Source: Candidatus Gastranaerophilales bacterium
GTDB lineage: Bacteria; Cyanobacteriota; Vampirovibrionia; Gastranaerophilales; Gastranaerophilaceae
Reading direction: 5' to 3'
Length of the DNA: 43,602 bases
Assembly: GCA_947624665.1 (NCBI GenBank)
Contig: CANQLK010000001.1
Span: 1 to 43,602, forward strand
Under the pieces are notes generated by a model. That model did not search any database, was not told the origin of the DNA, and saw only the letters and a list, made by a program, of their open reading frames with translations. The position numbers were made by a program, and so were the translations under genes. Positions 37,498-43,602 of this stretch are shown in pieces (the stretch's first letter is position 1; every line of letters begins with the position of its first letter).

Positions 37498-38538
37498 TTA
37501 ATAATGTTTATATAATTCTTCAGCTTTTTTAGACGGAAAATGAATTAAACCCAGAAAATAACTTATTGTATATACAAATGCAAATAATACAAAAGCTAAA
37601 TAAGTAAATAAAAATACTTTAAGTTTATTTGTTTTATATTTTTTTGTTTCAAAATTTTTAGTAATCAGAAAAGATTCATAAAAAATAATCAAAAATCCAA
37701 TTAATGGAAGTATAAAAGTAATATTTGGATTAACTCCTGTTTTATAAAATACAAAATATAAAGCTATTAAAGAAAAAATCAAAATAACAGGTATAACTTC
37801 AATTAATAAATGTATAAAATTTATATTTTTTATTTTGAATAAATTATATGAATAATAATATCCGATACTATAAATTTTCCTTAAATAAGGAAAAAGTTTA
37901 TTTTCACGGTGGAAAACTGAAAAAGCGGGAATAAATCTAATTTTACATCCGTTTTTTTTCATTCTGTAAGAAAATTCATTATCTTCAGCCAAATAAATAT
38001 TTTCATCCATACCACCTAAACTTTCATAGGTTTGCCTTTTTATAAACAGATTAGAAGTAATAAATTCATAACAATCTTGTTCTTTAGTTTTAATATCAAT
38101 AATTTTTATCCATTCTTTAAAAGCTAAAAATCTGTTAAATCTTAAAAGTCTTAAACATCTTTGTTTATAATCATCGCTTTGCCAATTAAATTGACAACCT
38201 GTAACAGCATCATAATCTTTATTATTTTCAAGAAAATTTATGGCAATCTCCATCCAATTTTCATTCGGATAAGAATCTGAATCTAAGAAGGCTATATATT
38301 TTGAATTAGAATTTTTTACACCTAAATTTCTTTTTGCAGACATATTTCTATTTACGGATTTTATAATTTTTATATTTTTATCATTTTTAAAATCCGGATA
38401 TTCATTAATTTCATCAAGAATTAATATTATTTCAACTATTTTATATAACTTCCTTATTTCATTAATAGTTTTACATAAAATAAAATCAATATTTCTTGAC
38501 GGAATAATTATAGAAACTAAATTTTCAAACAATTCCAT
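37498..38538 (-). CDS. family 2 glycosyltransferase with C-terminal TM segments
   Basis: 346 aa. VSIIIPSRN..., LDSDSYP (DxD-type) and a LAEDNEF motif, followed by 3-4 hydrophobic helices. Confidence 0.8.
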   Translation of the reverse strand: MELFENLVSIIIPSRNIDFILCKTINEIRKLYKIVEIILILDEINEYPDFKNDKNIKIIKSVNRNMSAKRNLGVKNSNSKYIAFLDSDSYPNENWMEIAINFLENNKDYDAVTGCQFNWQSDDYKQRCLRLLRFNRFLAFKEWIKIIDIKTKEQDCYEFITSNLFIKRQTYESLGGMDENIYLAEDNEFSYRMKKNGCKIRFIPAFSVFHRENKLFPYLRKIYSIGYYYSYNLFKIKNINFIHLLIEVIPVILIFSLIALYFVFYKTGVNPNITFILPLIGFLIIFYESFLITKNFETKKYKTNKLKVFLFTYLAFVLFAFVYTISYFLGLIHFPSKKAEELYKHY

Positions 38539-38543
38539 ATTTT

Positions 38544-39650
38544 TTACTTTTTAAATATATTTTTCATTATATAATAAAATATTTCAGGATAATATCTATA
38601 ATATGAAAAAATATTTAAAAACCAGCTGCATTCATAAGTACAAAAACATTTAGATTTTGATATATTTTTTTTAACATTTAAAGCGTTTAAAGATTTCCAT
38701 AGATTTAAAAAGTTAAAATCAAAATCACTTAAATTACCCATTTTTTGATTTAATAACTCGCAAGGAAAAACGTCACCGTTGCTATATATAATACCCGTTA
38801 AGCTTCCTGCCTTACAAGGTGAAATATATTTATTATTAGCAAAAGTTTCTAATACATATTTCCAAAGTATTTTATTTTTAACATTTAGAGCTATTTTTGT
38901 TAATGAATTATTTTTATATTCATTGAAAATTCCTTTATTATAGTCTAAATTTATTTGTTTTTGTATTTTTTCATAAGTTTTAATCAAATTATTTTTTAGA
39001 TTTTCATTTAAAAATTTGGCATTATCTCCTCTTATTAACGGGCAGTTAATATTTTTAACTTGCAAAATATCTCTTATATATTCGTAAGTTTCAAATGCGC
39101 TTTCATAATTGGAAGGACTTAACGTTATTTGAAAAGTTGCATTAAATTTATTTCCGTAGCTTTTCACAATTTTATATGATTCAAATACTTTATTGTGTAA
39201 GTCTTTAATACCTCTATAATCAGAATGTTTTTCACCTATAAAATCATAAGAAAAAAAGAAAAAAAGAGGTAAATTATATTTGGAAGCGGATTTTAAAAAA
39301 TTTTCTATTTTATCAGGCATACTTCCATTAGTTGGAATAACAATAGAATCAGTCGTAGAATTTTTATACCATATATAAGCTATTTCAAAAATATCATCTC
39401 TTAAGAAAGGTTCACCACCCGTTAAAGCAACATTTTTTAAACAATTTCCGGATGTTGATGCAATTTTTTCAATATTTTCCAATATAAGTTCGTCTTTTTT
39501 TGTTTTAAAATCAACGAAACAATGAGGACATCTTGCATTACATCTTTCTGTTATAAAATGAGTTAATGATATTGGATATCTGTTAGAAATAAATGCATTA
39601 TATAAAAAGTTTAGCTTATTTATTTTTTTATTTTTTAATTTCACGTGCAT
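38544..39650 (-). CDS. radical SAM enzyme with SPASM/twitch-like C-terminal Cys cluster
   Basis: CNARCPHC (CxxxCxxC) near the N-terminus and a GGEPFL SAM-binding block. C-terminal cysteines sit in CKAGSLTGIIYSNGDVFPC and CFCTYEC. ATG at 39650 is preferred over the TTG at 39662. Confidence 0.8.
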   Translation of the reverse strand: MHVKLKNKKINKLNFLYNAFISNRYPISLTHFITERCNARCPHCFVDFKTKKDELILENIEKIASTSGNCLKNVALTGGEPFLRDDIFEIAYIWYKNSTTDSIVIPTNGSMPDKIENFLKSASKYNLPLFFFFSYDFIGEKHSDYRGIKDLHNKVFESYKIVKSYGNKFNATFQITLSPSNYESAFETYEYIRDILQVKNINCPLIRGDNAKFLNENLKNNLIKTYEKIQKQINLDYNKGIFNEYKNNSLTKIALNVKNKILWKYVLETFANNKYISPCKAGSLTGIIYSNGDVFPCELLNQKMGNLSDFDFNFLNLWKSLNALNVKKNISKSKCFCTYECSWFLNIFSYYRYYPEIFYYIMKNIFKK

Positions 39651-39739
39651 ATTCCAAAACAATAATATTAAAATAAAAAACTATATAAAATTCAATATTT
39701 ATAAATTTATTAATTAAGTTTTGAACATATTTATTATTA

Positions 39740-40185
39740 AAAATTATTTTATACAAAGATGAAAAAAACGTAAAAAGCAAATAAAAAGGCATGGTTTCAT
39801 GCCTTTTTTGTATTAAAAATTTACAATTTATTTTTTTTAAACCTGTATAAAACTTGTAGAAAACTATTTCAAATCTTGTTTAAAATTTGAATTATTATAT
39901 CAATAACTTTTTCAATTTCTAAATACAAATTTCTTTTTAAACAAATTTATACATATTTTTATACAGTTTTATACAGGTTTTTAAACAGACTAAAAGTCTA
40001 ATGAATATAAGATAATCAGATAGTTTTCTACAATAAAAAAATTACTTATTACTACTATTAAAAATAAATTATTATATATAAATAATAAATAATAAAGAAA
40101 GAGAAAATCAATTAAATAAAATTTTTTAATCAAAATTTTATTTTTCTTATATAATAAAGGAGTGCACAAAAAATAGAGGATAAAT
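39740..40185. other. putative chromosomal replication origin (oriC) upstream of dnaN
   Basis: There are seven 9-mers of type TTTT(A/C)TACA. TTTTATACA occurs at 39747-39755, 39957-39965 and 39967-39975. Its complement TGTATAAAA occurs at 39844-39852. TTTTCTACA occurs at 40024-40032, and its complement TGTAGAAAA at 39855-39863. ATTTATACA occurs at 39945-39953. A nearly pure A/T tract at 40040-40140 abuts dnaN. Confidence 0.55.
39783..39809. terminator. orphan terminator-like hairpin inside the dnaN-upstream intergenic region
   Basis: AAAAAGGCATG-GTTT-CATGCCTTTTTT. No CDS ends next to it on either strand. Confidence 0.5.
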
Positions 40186-41301
40186 ATGCTTTTTACAATA
40201 GATAAAGATTCTTTATTAAATAAATTAAAAATAGTTGAAAAAGTAACAGCTCAAAGAGGAAATGTACAGCCTGTACTATCAAATGTATTATTTGAAGCAA
40301 AAGAAAATACTCTAAACTTAAGTGCAACGGATTTGGAAATATCCGTAAAAGCAAAAACAACGGTAGCAGTTAAAAAAGAAGGTGCAATAACACTTCCTGC
40401 AAAGAAACTTTTGGAAATAGCAGCAAAATTACCTGATAAACCCGTTGAATTTGCATTAAATGAAGATACAAATATTGTAAATATAGTATGCGGAAACTCT
40501 AAATTTGAACTGATAGGAATTTCTGCTCAGGAATTTCCGAAAAGCGATGATGAAATACAAGACGGAACCGAGATAGAAATTGAAACCGAACCTTTATTGA
40601 AATCAATAAAAAATACGGTTTATGCAGCTGCTAATTATGAAAACAGAAATGTTATTTCGGGTGTATTTTGTTTAATAAAAGATAATAAACTTGAAATGGC
40701 TGCAACCGACGGTAACAGGTTAACAAGAATTATTGAAGCTATTAAAAATAAAGATTCTAAAACCGCTAAAATTGTTATTCCTTCTAAAACTTTAAATGAA
40801 TTTGTGAGGATTTGTTCTTTTTCTTCTGAAGAAAAAGTTATTTTAATAGTAAGTAAGTCAAAGTTAACAATAAAAACCTTAGGATTTGCAATAAATTCAA
40901 GGTTAATAGAAGGTGAATATCCTCCGTATGAACAGTTGATACCAAAAACTACGGCAAATAATTCTACAATATCAAGAGATGATTTAATACTTGCACTAGA
41001 CAGAGTTTCAACAATGGTAAATGACAGAACGAGTATTGTAAAATTTCTGTTCAGTAATAATAAATTGGTATTAAAAGCAGAAACACCGAATTCGGGAACT
41101 TCTGAAGATGTTATTGATTGCAATTATGACGGAGATGACCTTGCTATAGCTTTTAATTATAAATATGTATTGGATTCCATAAGAACAATGGAAGCAAAAA
41201 ATGTAAAAATAGGATTAAACGGAAGTTTATCGGCAACATTATTTAAACCTGACAGTGAAGAAAATTATATATGTCTTATAATGCCGATACAGATAAGATA
41301 G
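40186..41301 (+). CDS. dnaN: DNA polymerase III beta sliding clamp
   Basis: 371 aa with the typical three-domain length. N-terminal F.I.k..L...L..V......r..iPiL.nvl pattern and C-terminal LIMPIQIR. Confidence 0.93.
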   Translation: MLFTIDKDSLLNKLKIVEKVTAQRGNVQPVLSNVLFEAKENTLNLSATDLEISVKAKTTVAVKKEGAITLPAKKLLEIAAKLPDKPVEFALNEDTNIVNIVCGNSKFELIGISAQEFPKSDDEIQDGTEIEIETEPLLKSIKNTVYAAANYENRNVISGVFCLIKDNKLEMAATDGNRLTRIIEAIKNKDSKTAKIVIPSKTLNEFVRICSFSSEEKVILIVSKSKLTIKTLGFAINSRLIEGEYPPYEQLIPKTTANNSTISRDDLILALDRVSTMVNDRTSIVKFLFSNNKLVLKAETPNSGTSEDVIDCNYDGDDLAIAFNYKYVLDSIRTMEAKNVKIGLNGSLSATLFKPDSEENYICLIMPIQIR

Positions 41302-41308
41302 GTCAATT

Positions 41309-42235
41309 ATGAAAGTAACGGTAAAAGTTCCTGCAACAACAGCTAATTTAGGCCCGGGATTTGATTGTTTAGGTTTGGCTCTTCCTGTTTATAATGAAAT
41401 TACGGTTGAAGAAACAGTTATGCCGGGAAGCGGTCTTGAAATTAATATTTTGGATGATTCAAATACTTATGATATTTTATCAATACCAAAAGATGAGAAT
41501 AATTTAGCATATAAAGCAATAGAACTTTTATACAGTTATATAGGTCAAAGTGTCAGTGATATAAAAATAACAATAAGAACAAACATACCCGTAACAAGGG
41601 GATTAGGAAGCAGTGCATCAGTAATAGTAGGAGGACTTGTAGCAGCAAACGAGTTGTTAGGTAGACCTGCCGATAATAATGTGTTGCTTTCAATAGCGTC
41701 CGAGGTTGAAGGTCATCCTGATAATGTCACTCCTGCTTTGTTTGGCGGGTTTTGTTTATCTTCTTTGGAAGATGACGGCAGTGTTGCTTTTTCAAAAATT
41801 GATTGGCCCGAAAATTGGAAATTAACTCTTATAATTCCTGATTATGAGCTTGATACTTTAATAGCACGTTCAGTATTACCTGAAAATATTAGTATTTCTG
41901 ATGCAGCTTTTAATATAAGAAAATGTGCCATGTTGATTGATGCCGTTTATAAAAAAGATTCTGAATTATTAAAAAAATCATTAAAAGATAAACTGCATCA
42001 GCCTTACAGAAGAAAATTAATAAACGGATTTAGTGAATTATCCGAGTTACTGGAAAATAAAGAAGGTATTTTAGGATGTGTTATTTCGGGTGCAGGTCCT
42101 TCTATTTTGGTTATTTCTGTGGATGATTCTTTTGAAAAAATCAAAAATGATGTAAAAGAGATTTTTAATGCATTGAATGTTGATTGTGATATCAGAACTT
42201 TTGAAATTGAAAATCAAGGTACGATAGTAATATAA
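41309..42235 (+). CDS. thrB: homoserine kinase
   Basis: 308 aa. GHMP kinase motif PVTRGLGSSASVIVGG and N-terminal VPATTANLGPGFD. Confidence 0.93.
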   Translation: MKVTVKVPATTANLGPGFDCLGLALPVYNEITVEETVMPGSGLEINILDDSNTYDILSIPKDENNLAYKAIELLYSYIGQSVSDIKITIRTNIPVTRGLGSSASVIVGGLVAANELLGRPADNNVLLSIASEVEGHPDNVTPALFGGFCLSSLEDDGSVAFSKIDWPENWKLTLIIPDYELDTLIARSVLPENISISDAAFNIRKCAMLIDAVYKKDSELLKKSLKDKLHQPYRRKLINGFSELSELLENKEGILGCVISGAGPSILVISVDDSFEKIKNDVKEIFNALNVDCDIRTFEIENQGTIVI

Positions 42236-42251
42236 AAAAGGAGAGATTAAG

Positions 42252-43448
42252 ATGAAAAAATCTGTTAAAGATTTACATGATATTAAAGGAAAAAGAGCTC
42301 TCGTAAGGGTAGATATTAATGTTCCTTTAGATGAAAATAAGAATGTATCTGATGATACGAGAATACAGGCAATAATGCCTACATTAAAACTTTTAAAAGA
42401 GAATGGTGCAAAAATAATATTAATGGCACATTTAGGCAGACCAAAAGGTGAAGTTAATCCTGAATTCAGCTTAGCACCAGTTGCAAAATATTTATCTAAA
42501 GTTTTAGGTGAAGAAGTAATGTTTATACCTGATGTAAAAAGTGCAAAATCAATGGTTGAACAATTAAAAGACGGACAAGTAGCATTACTTGAAAATATAA
42601 GATATTATAAAGCAGAAGAAGCAAAAGATGATGATATGACATTTGCGAATGAGCTTAAACAATTGGGCGATTTTTATGTAAATGATGCATTCGGAGCAGC
42701 ACATAGAAATCATACATCAACTGCAAAATTGGCAAAAGTATTAAAACCTGCGGTTTCGGGTTTATTAATGGAAAAAGAATTAAGATGTTTATCACAGGCA
42801 CTTGATAATCCGACTAGACCGTTTACGGCAGTAGTAGGCGGAGCAAAAGTTTCTTCAAAAATAGGAGTATTGGAAAACTTATTGGATAAAGTTGACAATA
42901 TGATAATCGGCGGCGGTATGGCTTATACGTTTGTAAAAGCTAACGGCGGTAAAATAGGAAGCTCTATTTGTGAAGATGATCAGTTGGAAGTTGCTAAGGC
43001 TATCGAAAAGAAAGCTAAAGAAAAAGGTGTTAAACTTGTAATGGCAACCGATGTTTTAGTTACAAATGATTTTTCAGGAAACGGTGAAAACAAATTTGTT
43101 AAAATCAATGAAATACCTGAAGGATTTGAAGGTGTAGATGCAGGTTTAGAATCAAGAAAAGCATTTGCGGAAGTTCTAAAATCAAGTAAAACAATATTGA
43201 TGAACGGGCCGGTTGGTGCATTTGAAAATCCGAAATTTGCTGAAGGCACAAAAGCAGTACTTCAAGCAATTGTAGAAGCAACAAAAAATGGTGCTGTTTC
43301 AGTTATCGGTGGTGGTGACAGCGTAAGTGCTGCTAAAAAATTCTTTAAGGCGGAAGATTTTACTCATGTATCAACAGGCGGAGGTGCTTCATTAGAATTT
43401 ATCGAAGGAAAAATTCTTCCCGGCGTTGCCGCATTAGATGATAAATAA
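42252..43448 (+). CDS. pgk: phosphoglycerate kinase
   Basis: 398 aa. Motifs RVDINVPL, NDAFGAAHR, GGAKVSSKI and STGGGASLEF. Confidence 0.97.
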   Translation: MKKSVKDLHDIKGKRALVRVDINVPLDENKNVSDDTRIQAIMPTLKLLKENGAKIILMAHLGRPKGEVNPEFSLAPVAKYLSKVLGEEVMFIPDVKSAKSMVEQLKDGQVALLENIRYYKAEEAKDDDMTFANELKQLGDFYVNDAFGAAHRNHTSTAKLAKVLKPAVSGLLMEKELRCLSQALDNPTRPFTAVVGGAKVSSKIGVLENLLDKVDNMIIGGGMAYTFVKANGGKIGSSICEDDQLEVAKAIEKKAKEKGVKLVMATDVLVTNDFSGNGENKFVKINEIPEGFEGVDAGLESRKAFAEVLKSSKTILMNGPVGAFENPKFAEGTKAVLQAIVEATKNGAVSVIGGGDSVSAAKKFFKAEDFTHVSTGGGASLEFIEGKILPGVAALDDK

Positions 43449-43475
43449 TTTTTTATAAATTTAATTGAATAAAAT

Positions 43476-43516
43476 AGAGGAATTGTGAAATATTTATTTT
43501 TTAATTCCTCTTTTTA
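43476..43516 (+). terminator. pgk rho-independent terminator
   Basis: Stem AGAGGAATT / AATTCCTCT with an AT-rich loop, followed by TTTTT. Confidence 0.75.
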
Positions 43517-43525
43517 TTTAATATT

Positions 43526-43602
43526 AAAAATAATTTAATTACGTCAGCTTCGAATTGCGAATAAAGAAAATCTAAATTTCAGCAAAGACTCGCAAACTCG
43601 CT
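43526..43602. repeat. family B element copy 2 (truncated by window end), inverted relative to copy 1
   Basis: 43537-43602 is the exact reverse complement of 35733-35798. Homology continues, with A/T-run indels, through the AT spacer into the terminator stem. Confidence 0.85.

Overview
AT-rich (about 30% GC by eye, not computed) bacterial chromosomal segment with about 42 tightly packed genes, mostly housekeeping. They include hpt-tilS, a compact flagellar export/C-ring cluster (fliM/N-fliO-fliP-fliQ-fliR), an rpsA operon, rtcB, dnaK, nanE plus a ROK kinase, recF, a GH38 mannosidase, fabF, dCMP deaminase, thrS, and dnaN-thrB-pgk. No rRNA, tRNA, CRISPR array, transposase or integrase was recognised. 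The items most worth a second look are these. (1) A translationally coupled three-gene operon at 30.4-33.7 kb encodes two paralogous HTH-WYL-WCX regulators followed by a DUF4127-like protein of unknown function; it is the best candidate here for an undescribed sensor/effector module. (2) Two families of GC-rich, highly structured intergenic repeats stand out against the AT-rich background. Family A (4.6 kb and 17.5 kb) shares an 81-nt identical core, and one copy lies in the rtcB leader. Family B is a long imperfect palindrome (35.6-35.8 kb) with an adjacent ~150-nt hairpin C; a second, inverted copy sits at the window end. (3) A probable dnaA-less oriC lies upstream of dnaN, with seven TTTT(A/C)TACA-type boxes and a DUE-like tract. 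(4) A very AT-rich radical-SAM/SPASM plus two-GT2 island lies between the repeats and the origin. (5) Several atypical proteins occur: FliQ with an ~80-aa C-terminal extension, a FliM-FliN fusion, an animal-type phosphomevalonate-kinase-like P-loop protein coupled to rpsA and LOG, an M48-like protein with a degenerate HExxH, and a ThrS without a TGS domain. Taxon cannot be fixed from the window. Flagella plus cyanobacterial-style origin boxes and a dnaA-less dnaN would fit a non-photosynthetic cyanobacterial relative or another AT-rich anaerobe, but this is a guess. All family assignments come from reading motifs by eye and from memory, so they need HMM/BLAST confirmation.
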